Assembly: GCA_963677085.2 (NCBI GenBank)
Contig: CAXXFH010000006.1
Location: forward strand, 43,862-107,861
DNA length: 64,000 bases
From: Thermoguttaceae bacterium
GTDB taxonomy: Bacteria; Planctomycetota; Planctomycetia; Pirellulales; Thermoguttaceae
Direction: 5' to 3'
Of this stretch, positions 1 through 8,600 are shown in pieces (position 1 is the stretch's first letter; each line of letters begins with the position of its first letter). Under the pieces are notes generated by a model that had not been told where the DNA came from, searched no databases, and worked only from the letters and a program-made list of their open reading frames with translations. The translations under genes and the position numbers were made by a program.

Positions 1-291
1 GCCAGGTCGCTGGCGACCTTCTTTCCCGGCACAGACGCCACTCGTGACGCCGTCGCACCCCATCCGTCCTGGCGGAAAGACCTTGTGGGTCGACTCGTAG
101 TTGGCCAGCGCCAAGCCGAGTTGCTTGAGATTATTTACACACTGCGATCGGCGCGCCGCCTCTCGGGCGGTCTGTACCGCCGGCAGAAGCAGTGCAATAA
201 GAATGCCGATAATGGCGATCACTACCAGCAATTCGACCAGGGTGAAACCGCGACGCGGTCCACGGAAGATATCCTGCCCCAGATAACCCAT
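1..291 (-). CDS. DUF1559-type protein with prepilin-type N-terminal cleavage/methylation domain (5' part only; runs off the window)
   Basis: Reverse translation from ATG (rc of 289-291) reads [68 protein letters not shown]. This is the classic [17 protein letters not shown] prepilin motif plus the DUF1559 continuation. It is absent from the ORF track because it is truncated by the window edge. Confidence 0.8.
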   Translation of the reverse strand, partial: MGYLGQDIFRGPRRGFTLVELLVVIAIIGILIALLLPAVQTAREAARRSQCVNNLKQLGLALANYESTHKVFPPGRMGCDGVTSGVCAGKEGRQRPG

Positions 292-730
292 GGTCAACGA
301 TCCTGCTTGCTTGGGTTACCAGCTATCGAAATTCGCGCGAGCATCACACACAGAGGCCTTCCTGCTGAGCGAAAAGCCGTGGGAAAGCTCCTATGGCGAC
401 TTCCTCGCAAAACGCCACACCTCTTCTCTCAGAACCGTTGCCATCCAGTATATTTTTGAAATGCGTGAAATGCCAGCCGAATGCACTTCACGCTCCAGGC
501 AGAAACACAAGATCTACTCGCCCGATCTTCAAGCTTGGCCCAAGACAAGAAATCTTCCAGGATTCTCAGCCAAAAACGCGTCTTCGAGACGATTTGGCTT
601 GCTCGACGGCCCTCAAGAGGGGGTACTTGCTGTTGACCCACAAACGACCGCCAGCTATTCTCCCTCGTTACTCCCGACGACCCCTCCAAGGATAGAACGA
701 AAAACAACCACCAATTTGCCGGGCCGTACT

Positions 731-795
731 CGGCCACGGCCCTCGGGCTCCGCCTTGAAAACGGTAAGTTGTTTCTTGGGCCGTCCTAAAACGGA
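731..795. repeat. Hairpin repeat family E (GACGGCCCTCGGG...GCCTTGAAAACGGTAAGT...GGGCCGTCC)
   Basis: Near-identical copy at 4172-4230 and a partial reverse copy at about 24955-24990. The arms gacggccc/gggccgtc are complementary. Confidence 0.6.
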
Positions 796-898
796 CATCG
801 GTTGGCGTCGTCGCGGAGTTCGTTCCCGCGGATCGGCTCCTCGTAGATAATGATCACATCGAGGCGCGGATCCCTACGAATTGGACCCCAAAAAAGCC

Positions 899-2209
899 AT
901 GGACTGGGCGTTACTTTTGTTCTTCCCCCTGGCCGGTCTGGCGATTCTCCAGAGCCTGCTGTTGGTGTTGCAGACCTGGGAACACCGCCGGTATGCGCGG
1001 AGCTGCATGAACCGCAAGCGCCAGGGGTATCCGAAAGGACGGGCCGCCGTCTTCGTGCCCTGCAAGGGACTCGATGTCGACCTGACGGAGAACCTCCGCG
1101 CCTTGATGATCCAAGACTATAACGACTACGAGGTGAACTTCATTGTCGAGCGTTCCGATGATCCGGCCTGCGAAGCCATTCAGCGGGTCATGGCCGACCA
1201 TCCTTTGGTGCCCTCGCGGATGCTAATTGCCGGCCGGGCGATCAATTGTGGGCAAAAGGTCCACAACCTGCGTGTGGCCACGGCCCACCTGGCTTCCGAC
1301 GTGAAGTATCTCGTGTTCGTCGATTCCGACGCCGGGCCCCGTTCTTCCTGGCTGCGAACGCTCGTGCTTCGTCTCTGGGGTCGCAACGGGGGCGCCGTGA
1401 CCGGCTACCGCTGGTTCATCCCTACCCGCCCGACCGTCGCCAACCTGCTGTTGTACAGCTTGAACTCGGTGATCATGTCGTTGTTCGGCCGTCGCAGCCA
1501 CCATCTGGTCTGGGGTGGCTCATGGGGTATCCGCCGCGAGTTGTTCGACCGGCTCAAACTCCGCGATGCCTGGGCAGGTACGCTTAGCGACGATCTGGTG
1601 GCCACGCAGGTGTTGCGCAAGGCCAAGGTAACCGTGGCATTCGAACCCGGCTGCGTTGTGGCCTCGCCGTGCGACTACTCGTTGGGCGACCTGTTCGACT
1701 TCATTCGCCGCCAGTACCTTGTGACACGTTTCTATACGCCGTGGTGGTGGGGATTTGGAATCGCCGTCTTGTCGGCTAGCAATCTCTTGTTTCTGGCCAA
1801 CGTGGGATTGCTCGGTGTCGGGTTGCGTTCCGACGCGGCCTGGTCGTGGGCGTCGTTGGCAATCTGCGTCATGCTCTATGGGCTGATGGCCGCGCGGGGC
1901 ATGTTGCGGCAGTCGCTCGTGAAGACCTACTTTCCAGAACATTACCAATCGCTGCGCGCGGCCCGATGGTTCGACATCGTGGCCAACCCGCTGGGTAGCT
2001 GGACACACTGGCTGGGTGTGGGCGGTTCGCTATTCGGGCAACACATCACGTGGCGATCGATCTGCTATCGCGTTTCTCGCGGTGGACAGGTGCAAATTGT
2101 CCGCCGCGACGAACATTTCGATCCGGAAGCCACCCAGGTGATCGCTGTCGATGAAACCGTCCTCTGCCTGCCGCAATCCAAGGGAGTGTCGCTGAAGAAG
2201 GCCGGATAG
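899..2209 (+). CDS. Membrane glycosyltransferase, GT2/GT21 (ceramide glucosyltransferase / HpnI-like)
   Basis: ORF 881-2209; the first ATG is at 899 (a TTG at 881 is also possible). Evidence is an N-terminal TM segment, a D-x-D-type core (KYLVFVDSDAGP) and QDYNDYEVNFIVERSDD, typical of the glucosylceramide-synthase-like GT fold, plus C-terminal TM helices. Confidence 0.7.
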   Translation: MDWALLLFFPLAGLAILQSLLLVLQTWEHRRYARSCMNRKRQGYPKGRAAVFVPCKGLDVDLTENLRALMIQDYNDYEVNFIVERSDDPACEAIQRVMADHPLVPSRMLIAGRAINCGQKVHNLRVATAHLASDVKYLVFVDSDAGPRSSWLRTLVLRLWGRNGGAVTGYRWFIPTRPTVANLLLYSLNSVIMSLFGRRSHHLVWGGSWGIRRELFDRLKLRDAWAGTLSDDLVATQVLRKAKVTVAFEPGCVVASPCDYSLGDLFDFIRRQYLVTRFYTPWWWGFGIAVLSASNLLFLANVGLLGVGLRSDAAWSWASLAICVMLYGLMAARGMLRQSLVKTYFPEHYQSLRAARWFDIVANPLGSWTHWLGVGGSLFGQHITWRSICYRVSRGGQVQIVRRDEHFDPEATQVIAVDETVLCLPQSKGVSLKKAG

Positions 2210-2230
2210 CTCAAGAAAATCGCTGGTATT

Positions 2231-2370
2231 ACTGGTTCCCACACTTTGCGTGGGAACTCGCGGTCGGACGCTTCGCGTCCCGGCCCCACCGGTGAACACC
2301 GTTTGACACTTCTCGACACAAAGCGTCGAACGCCCACATTCCCACGCAAAGCGTGGGAACGAGAAGAAAC
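2231..2370 (+). repeat. Composite ~135-bp four-hairpin repeat (copy 1)
   Basis: Architecture is GGTTCCCAC-loop-GTGGGAAC, GGACGCTTCGCGTCC, TCGAC-loop-GTCGA, TTCCCACGCAAAGCGTGGGAACGAGAA. A co-linear, same-orientation copy lies at 16739-16878. Confidence 0.75.
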
Positions 2371-2418
2371 GAACTGACCACTGACAACTGTCCATTGACC
2401 ACTACCCAATAAGCACTC

Positions 2419-3915
2419 ATGCACGTTGTTCTCTGGGATACGAACCAACTCGATGCTTCCAAAGACTTTGCCGGAGGATTCGGCGTCGGAAAATACCCCG
2501 GCCACGGCGGCGTACGGGGGAAGCTCATTCGCTGGTTCTACACCCGGGATCGACGTCCCGTGGCCCTGCTGTTTGCCCATCTCGCGGCCGCGTTCAACCG
2601 CCTGGGCCATCGGGTGGAGTATGCTGTCGACCGCGTGCCTCGCGAGGCCGACATGGTGATTTTCTCCCCGTCGCTGATCACCCTCGACCTGGAAAAGCGG
2701 CGGATGGCCGAGGTGCTCAAGCGGCTTCCCGGCGTGCGGGTGCTGGTCGTCGGGCTGGTGGCATCCGTCATGCCCGAGGCCTTCGAAGGTCTCGACGTCA
2801 CCGTAGTCAAGGGCGAGGCCGAGCAGCTCTTCTGGCGACTGGACGAGGTGCTGGCACGGCCCGGTACCGCCGTGCAGCTCGGCACGATCGAAGACCTCGA
2901 CCGCCTGCCGCTGCCCGACTGGTCGCCGTTTGCGCCGAAAAATTTCCGTATCGGTTACGATTTCTGGAAGTTTCCCACCGCGTTGATCCAAGCCAGCCGC
3001 GGTTGCACGTTTCACTGCAACTATTGTCCCTACATCGTTCTCGAAAACGCCACGCGGATGCGCAGCCCCGAGGCCGTGGTCGATGAAATCCACCATGGCA
3101 TTCGCCACTGGGGTTTTCGATCGTTCAAGTTCCGCGATCCGCTGTTCGGGCTGAAGCGTCCGTTGGTCTACGAACTGGCCGAACGCATCGGCCGGTTGCC
3201 GCGGAAGATTCAGTTTTCGATCGAAACACGCATTGAACTCGTTCCGCCCGAGATCTTGCGCCTGCTGAAACGCGTCGGGCTGACGAGCATTACCGTGGGT
3301 ATCGAATCGCCCAACGACGAGATGCTCAAGCGCTACCACCGGGCGCCGGTCCACGACGACAAACAACGCGAGTTCGTCGACACGTGCCGCCAATTGGGCA
3401 TTCGTACGGTGGCCGGGTTTCTCATCGGTTTTCCCGAAGACACGGGCCGTTCGATTCGCCGGGTGCTCGATTACGCCAAGCTGGTCAACCCGACGTTTGC
3501 CAACTTCAACGTCGTCACACCTTACCCGGGCACGGCCTTCTACGACGAAGTCCACGACCAGATCGCCGACCACGATTTGAGCCACTACACGGTTTACACG
3601 CCGGTGATGAAGTACGAAAACCTCAGCGGCGAGCAGATGCAAGAGTGGCACGCGAAGTGTTTTCGGCAGTTTTACTTCCGTTTCCCGTATCTGCGCGACA
3701 ATGCCCACCTCCTCTGGCCCGTATTGCGGCGGTTGGGCGTGGGGCGAGGCGGCCGCACCGCGTCGTCGCCGGAAGCCCTCGGCCAGTCGGCCCACGACGG
3801 AGTGCCCAAGCCACTCAGCGGCCAAGAGCTTCTGCGCAAAAAGGGTCTGCGGACCGACGGCCCCCATCTGCAACCCGGTTCCCGCGACCAGGCCGAAAAC
3901 CGCCGGACGGGGTGA
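2419..3915 (+). CDS. B12-binding-domain radical SAM enzyme (class B; HpnJ-like)
   Basis: CxxxCxxC motif (RGCTFHCNYCPY). The N-terminal Rossmann-like B12-binding region is followed by a radical SAM core (SITVGIESPNDEML, GFLIGFPEDT). Confidence 0.85.
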   Translation: MHVVLWDTNQLDASKDFAGGFGVGKYPGHGGVRGKLIRWFYTRDRRPVALLFAHLAAAFNRLGHRVEYAVDRVPREADMVIFSPSLITLDLEKRRMAEVLKRLPGVRVLVVGLVASVMPEAFEGLDVTVVKGEAEQLFWRLDEVLARPGTAVQLGTIEDLDRLPLPDWSPFAPKNFRIGYDFWKFPTALIQASRGCTFHCNYCPYIVLENATRMRSPEAVVDEIHHGIRHWGFRSFKFRDPLFGLKRPLVYELAERIGRLPRKIQFSIETRIELVPPEILRLLKRVGLTSITVGIESPNDEMLKRYHRAPVHDDKQREFVDTCRQLGIRTVAGFLIGFPEDTGRSIRRVLDYAKLVNPTFANFNVVTPYPGTAFYDEVHDQIADHDLSHYTVYTPVMKYENLSGEQMQEWHAKCFRQFYFRFPYLRDNAHLLWPVLRRLGVGRGGRTASSPEALGQSAHDGVPKPLSGQELLRKKGLRTDGPHLQPGSRDQAENRRTG

Positions 3916-4171
3916 GCCTGTCCGACAGCGGCAGACCGCAAAGCGGCCGTTGCCCGTCAAAGCCAACTCAACACGTCGCGCCGTCCGGCATAACCAGCAC
4001 AAGCTGGCCGTACTTCACGCCGAATAGGGTGGTACGCTAAGTGGGGGTTTCACGCCACTGGCCGCGTGTCGCTCCTCTCTTGTTCGGCTGCCATCCTCTC
4101 ACCGGCCTCTCGGTTTTCTCGCCCCTTCGGATCGATCGACAAATAACCTGCCGATTCGCCGGGCCGTGCGT

Positions 4172-4230
4172 CGCGACGGCCCTCGGGTTTTGCCTTGGAA
4201 AACGGTAAGTCGTTTTTCGGGCCGTCCTTA
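4172..4230. repeat. Hairpin repeat family E (copy 2)
   Basis: cgcgacggccctcgggttttgccttggaaaacggtaagtcgtttttcgggccgtcctta matches 731-795. Confidence 0.6.
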
Positions 4231-4412
4231 CCATCCGATGGCCGCTTCGTGTTTGCCTGGCCCCGATTCCTGAACTAGAGTTTCGATGGCAAGTTGCGAA
4301 GTTGTCGTCGGGGCACAGCTCATCAGAGGCTCCCCCCCCCGACCATGGTAGGATCCACGTCGTTTCCCACTGAAAACACACTCCTCGCACAAGCCGTGTT
4401 TCCTCTTCCTCC

Positions 4413-5558
4413 GTGTTGGTCGTTTACGGGATTGCCGTGTCAGCCGATCTGTCAACACAACTTGCTGGTTGGAACGATGTCCGGCACACGCTCGATGAAA
4501 TTCGGGCGTGCCAAGGCGAATACGATTCGTTCTTCTCCGGCGTGTTCGATCACCTGCAATCCCTTTCGGGCGATCTCTCGCAACACAAGTCGCACTGGGT
4601 GGCCCAACGCCATCAGCAGGCGGCCTCGATGGTTGAGCAGTCGCAGTCGGTCGCCCAGCAGAGCGACGATCGCTGGGAACGATTGCTCGAGGAAACCCGA
4701 TCGCAGCACGCCGAGATGTGCGACGCGCAAAAGGTCGTGCGCCAGCAGGTCGAACGTCTAGCCGCCATCGCCGCCGAGTTGGCCGAGGCCCACCGCCAGG
4801 ACGCCGAGCAGGGCAGGTCCGGCCACGACAGTGCCAACCACGACAGCGCCTCGGAGGAATCGTTGCGGCAATTGCTCGACGAGTTTCGCCAGCAGCAACA
4901 ACAATGGCGCAAGTTACACGAGCAGGCCGCCTCGAACACAACCGAGGCTTTCGGCCAGGAGCTGGCGGAAGTTCGCCGTGAACTCGCCGCCGCGCAACAG
5001 GCGCTACTCGAACGTTTCGAACAGCTTCAAGCGGCCCAGGCCAAAACAACCGGCAAACCGGCCGCCGCTTCGGCGATCGACACCGAACTACGCAAACGTC
5101 TCGACGAAATCCATCGCCTGCAACTCGAGTGGTCGCAGTCGGCTCCCGCAGCCGCGGCCGACGACGATCCCCTACGACAGCAACTTCAGGAGATGACCAC
5201 CCAGCAGGCGGCCTTAGATCAAGAACGGGCGTCGCTGGAAATCGAGTTGGAGTCGGTCCGTGGCCGAGCAGCCGAACTGGCCGAGTCGTTGGCCGATGAG
5301 AAACGCCAAACGCGTCGCCACCAAGAAGAATTCGCCGAAGAACTTAAACGCATGCGCGGGCTGTTGGAACTGATGTCGTATCGGATCAGCGAAACCGCGC
5401 CGGCCCCGGCTACACCCGTCCAAGCAACCCCGACCACGGCAGGCGCCGCTGCGGGTACTACGGCCGACAACGGTGCCGATCCAGTACTCGACTCCGTGAT
5501 GGCGCAGTTCGAGATGCTCCAACGCGATCTGGCCCGACGCCGCAATACCAAGGGATGA
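4413..5558 (+). CDS. Hypothetical Gln/Glu/Ala-rich coiled-coil protein
   Basis: Long ORF with heptad-like charged low-complexity sequence (QQLQEMTTQQAALDQERASLEIELESVRGRAAELAESLADEKRQ). The start is uncertain (GTG at 4413; the first in-frame ATG is about 70 codons in). No recognisable catalytic motif. Confidence 0.5.
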   Translation: MLVVYGIAVSADLSTQLAGWNDVRHTLDEIRACQGEYDSFFSGVFDHLQSLSGDLSQHKSHWVAQRHQQAASMVEQSQSVAQQSDDRWERLLEETRSQHAEMCDAQKVVRQQVERLAAIAAELAEAHRQDAEQGRSGHDSANHDSASEESLRQLLDEFRQQQQQWRKLHEQAASNTTEAFGQELAEVRRELAAAQQALLERFEQLQAAQAKTTGKPAAASAIDTELRKRLDEIHRLQLEWSQSAPAAAADDDPLRQQLQEMTTQQAALDQERASLEIELESVRGRAAELAESLADEKRQTRRHQEEFAEELKRMRGLLELMSYRISETAPAPATPVQATPTTAGAAAGTTADNGADPVLDSVMAQFEMLQRDLARRRNTKG

Positions 5559-5771
5559 CCGGAAACACAACGGGAGAATGCTATAAACAATAGGGTAGCC
5601 GTTCATGGCCGTTGTTTTTTTCGACAACTATTGGGGCCTGCATTGCTTGCGGAACGAGGGCGACCAACGGGAGCCCGGTTCGCGGGGACAAAACGCAACG
5701 AAATGTTCCACAATTAACCTCGGAATCAATAATAGCATAGCGCACCTTCAATTCACACATCGGAGAAGACC

Positions 5772-7139
5772 ATGGGCTCACGTTGCCGCATCGTGGTCCT
5801 GAGTACGATTCTGTTATTCAGCCTGATTAATCTCGGTATTGGCTGCTGGTACGTTCAACCGATTTTGGCGGCGTCCGGGGCAATGGGATGTTGCTACCTG
5901 GCCTTGCGCGTGGCGCGGCTCAGACGCACTTCGTTGGGCATCAACCAATCCCAAACGTCGGACGATTCGGCGACTTCGTCCCCGACGGTGGTTCGACCTG
6001 CCCAGCGCGAACCGGTCGATCCCAACGATACCGAGGCGTTGGTCAATCAGTTGCTCGAGCAGGGCCGCTACGCGCTGCTGCTGCGTCCACAAATCGCCAA
6101 CACGCTGGACGATGTTCGTTTCGGCCGGGTGCTGGACGCCCTGCAAGACGGTGCCGCCCTGGTGCCGGAGGGCGAAGTCGTGTTGGGCGGCGTCGACGCC
6201 GCATTGGACGACGGCCACCTCACACCCGACGAGATAATCGCTACCCAGGGACGCGTGGTGAAAGTCCGAGGGCTTTTTCTCGACCGCTACCCGGTGACGA
6301 ACGTCCAGTATTACGAATTCGTGGCCGCCGGAGGTTACCAGCAGATGTCGCTTTGGGACAAGGGGATTTGGCCGGCAGTTCTCGACATGGTCGACAGCAC
6401 CGGCGTACCAGGTCCGAAGTACTGGCAATATGGCTGCTTTGCCCCCGGCCGGGAGCAACACCCCGTGGTAGGAGTGAGTTGGTACGAGGCCTGTGCCTAC
6501 GCCCGATGGGTCGGCAAGCGGCTGCCCACCGACGCGGAATGGGTAAAAGCCGGCAGTTGGCCGGTCACCCTTTCCGAAACCAACCGGTCGCAACGGCGCT
6601 ATCCGTGGGGCGACACCATGGATCGTCGCAAAGCCAACCTCTGGGGCTCGGGCACCGATGATACCGTGCCGGTGCAGGAATATGCCGACGGCGGCAGTGT
6701 GGGTGGTGTTTCCCAACTAATCGGAAACGTCTGGGAATGGACCTCGAACAACTTCTCGCCCGTCGACCCGTATGGCAACCATTATCAAGTCGGTAATCCG
6801 ATGAAAAGTATCCGCGGAGGGGCCTTCGACACCTATTTCGATAACCAAGCCACCTGCCAATTTCAAAGTGGAGAAAACCCGTTGAGTCGCCGTCACAATA
6901 TTGGCTTCCGTTGCGCGGTGGGTGTGTGCGACTTGCTGTTGGCGCAAAGTGGACGGCCGGCAGACGTGTCGGCAAACGTTGACACTCCGCCCGACGCCAG
7001 CGTTCCCTCCGACTCGAAGGCCCCCTCGGACACGGCCGAGGTGCAAGCCGACGTGGCAATCGCGCCGGCCGACACCACGGCAGCCGACATCACGGCGGCC
7101 GATGCCCAGGTTTCCAAGTCTGAAGAGGTGCCCGCATGA
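5772..7139 (+). CDS. Membrane-anchored FGE-sulfatase (SUMF1/EgtB/PvdO-type) domain protein with low-complexity C-terminal tail
   Basis: GGAGAAG RBS lies 4 nt upstream of the ATG. There are two N-terminal hydrophobic helices. FGE-domain hallmarks are LDRYPVTNVQYYEFV, HPVVGVSWYEACAYARWVGKRLPTDAEW, YPWGD, GNVWEWT, RGGAF and NIGFRC. Confidence 0.85.
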   Translation: MGSRCRIVVLSTILLFSLINLGIGCWYVQPILAASGAMGCCYLALRVARLRRTSLGINQSQTSDDSATSSPTVVRPAQREPVDPNDTEALVNQLLEQGRYALLLRPQIANTLDDVRFGRVLDALQDGAALVPEGEVVLGGVDAALDDGHLTPDEIIATQGRVVKVRGLFLDRYPVTNVQYYEFVAAGGYQQMSLWDKGIWPAVLDMVDSTGVPGPKYWQYGCFAPGREQHPVVGVSWYEACAYARWVGKRLPTDAEWVKAGSWPVTLSETNRSQRRYPWGDTMDRRKANLWGSGTDDTVPVQEYADGGSVGGVSQLIGNVWEWTSNNFSPVDPYGNHYQVGNPMKSIRGGAFDTYFDNQATCQFQSGENPLSRRHNIGFRCAVGVCDLLLAQSGRPADVSANVDTPPDASVPSDSKAPSDTAEVQADVAIAPADTTAADITAADAQVSKSEEVPA

Positions 7140-8095
7140 CAAAAAGCATGATTCAACCGCTGGAGTCGTGTCGGCTGATCCAATATGCGGTGCCGGTACC
7201 GTGTCACATTTGCGGGACCGACAACACGCTGGATTCCGAGTTTTGCAACCACTGTTTTGCGCCCATGGCGCTGGCCCATCAATCGTGCGGTCGAAAGACG
7301 CAACCCCAGATGTTGGCCGCGTTGGGAGCCAGCGGCGCGGGGAAAACGGTTTACTTGGGCATGCTGATCGACATGCTTTCGCGGCAGCCCGAACGTATGC
7401 AACTGCTCGCCCGGGGAGCGTTTTCCATCACCCTGCAACAGACCACGCTGGCGGCCTTGTCGCGCTGCGAATTTCCGCAGAAGACCCCCAACGAACCCGA
7501 CCGTTGGAATTGGGTACACTGCCAGATTCGCCGTCGCCAGCAACGTCAACCGTTGGAATTGATTATGCCCGACATGGCCGGCGAGGCCCTGTTGGAAGAG
7601 GTCGACCATCCGCACACGTTCCGTGTCGTGCGATCGTTTCTGCAAAAGTGTACCGGCGCGCTGGTGCTGATCGATACCATGCGGTTGGAGGAATCCTCGC
7701 AGGATCAGGACTATTTCACTCTGAAACTGTTGACCTACCTGAACGAACTGGACAACGACGACTCGGACGACACCCGCTGGCAGAAGTCGCTTTCCTGGAA
7801 GAACCGGCCGGTGGCGTTGGTCTTCAGCAAGGCCGACCACTCCGATCTTTGTTCGGACGATCCGGAGGGCTACGCCAAAACTCAAGCCCCGGCGTTGTGG
7901 CAGTTTTGCCAGGAACGGTTCCACCGCCATCGCTTCTTTGCCGCCAGTGTAGCCGGGACGTGCGTTTACCGCGAGTCGTTGACCGAAGGGCGCATGCAGG
8001 TGCCGCTGCGGATCGAGCCGCAAGGTGTCGTGGAGCCCTTCCAGTGGTTGCTCGAGGAACTCGACTCCCTTGCGGGAAAACGGCCGAAGCGTTGA
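7136..8095 (+). CDS. Zinc-ribbon + P-loop small GTPase-like protein
   Basis: The ATG overlaps the upstream stop (ATGA at 7136-7139). N-terminal CxxC...CxxC (CHICGTDNTLDSEFCNHC). Walker A GASGAGKT (nt 7325-7348), DxxG (MPDMAGE) and an NKxD-like motif (FSKAD). Confidence 0.8.
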   Translation: MTKSMIQPLESCRLIQYAVPVPCHICGTDNTLDSEFCNHCFAPMALAHQSCGRKTQPQMLAALGASGAGKTVYLGMLIDMLSRQPERMQLLARGAFSITLQQTTLAALSRCEFPQKTPNEPDRWNWVHCQIRRRQQRQPLELIMPDMAGEALLEEVDHPHTFRVVRSFLQKCTGALVLIDTMRLEESSQDQDYFTLKLLTYLNELDNDDSDDTRWQKSLSWKNRPVALVFSKADHSDLCSDDPEGYAKTQAPALWQFCQERFHRHRFFAASVAGTCVYRESLTEGRMQVPLRIEPQGVVEPFQWLLEELDSLAGKRPKR

Positions 8096-8237
8096 ATTTG
8101 CGTGACACGTCAGCTATTGACGGCTGCCTAGCCAATGAGCGGAAGGCGACCAGCGGGAGCTTGGATTTCCGGGCTATCGGTTTCCAGAAATGATCATTCC
8201 CAATGCGGACATCAATAAATGAAGAACGTGTGTAATG

Positions 8238-8447
8238 ACTCAAACTGAAAACAGAAGGAAGCCGCAGATGAACACAGATACACGCAGATGACGAAAACGA
8301 CTTGGAAACGTGGATTGTCTGGTCGATCACGCCGTGAAGGCGATGCTTTCCAAAAGCCGCTCCACGCCAGATAGTCCGTGCGATGCTATCTGCGTTCATT
8401 TGCGTCCATCTGCGGCTCCAATGTTGGAATCATTTTCAGTTTGAGTA
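8238..8447. repeat. Long imperfect hairpin repeat (family G; GCCGCAGATGAAC..CAGAT arms)
   Basis: Left arm actcaaactgaaaac...gccgcagatgaacacagatacacgcagatg (8238-8291) is complementary to right arm ctatctgcgttcatttgcgtccatctgcggc...ttttcagtttgagt (8387-8447). Confidence 0.6.
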
Positions 8448-8600
8448 ATAAGGGAAGAGGGAAAAGAAGCTGCCACACGTGTTTTTCCCTCTTTCTCTTT
8501 CCCATTTTTCCTTCTTACACCAAGGAGTGGGGAAACGTTTGAATTGACGACTTCCTGCTCCAGATGGCTGAATAGTTGCGAATTGCGGAAAAACCGGAAA
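8445..8600 (+). repeat. Dispersed repeat family F (copy A)
   Basis: gtaataagggaagagggaaaagaagc...ttttccctctttctctttccc...ttccttcttacaccaag...cagatggctgaatagttgcg is co-linear with 25011-25160. A sub-module also occurs at 42064-42155. Confidence 0.6.

Noticed and set aside
2065-4002. 645-aa ORF on the minus strand. Many other very long ORFs lie antisense to recognised genes, for example 6893-8023(-), 10593-11654(-), 28459-29019(-), 31408-32439(-), 36775-38364(-), 49063-50532(-), 50542-51765(-), 15556-16689(+) and 40619-41497(+).
   Set aside because: Each lies opposite a gene with clear family signatures (radical SAM, GTPase, PHP-GT4, CusA, GyrB, LutB, sulfatase). Their translations are Arg/Gly/Pro/Ala-rich low-information sequences, typical of stop-codon-poor antisense frames in high-GC DNA.
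5772-7139. Reading the FGE-domain gene simply as the maturase for the arylsulfatase at 40283-41926.
   Set aside because: It lies 33 kb away and is membrane-anchored with a long low-complexity tail. It is translationally coupled to a GTPase and appears to lack the catalytic Cys pair. A housekeeping FGE is probably encoded elsewhere.
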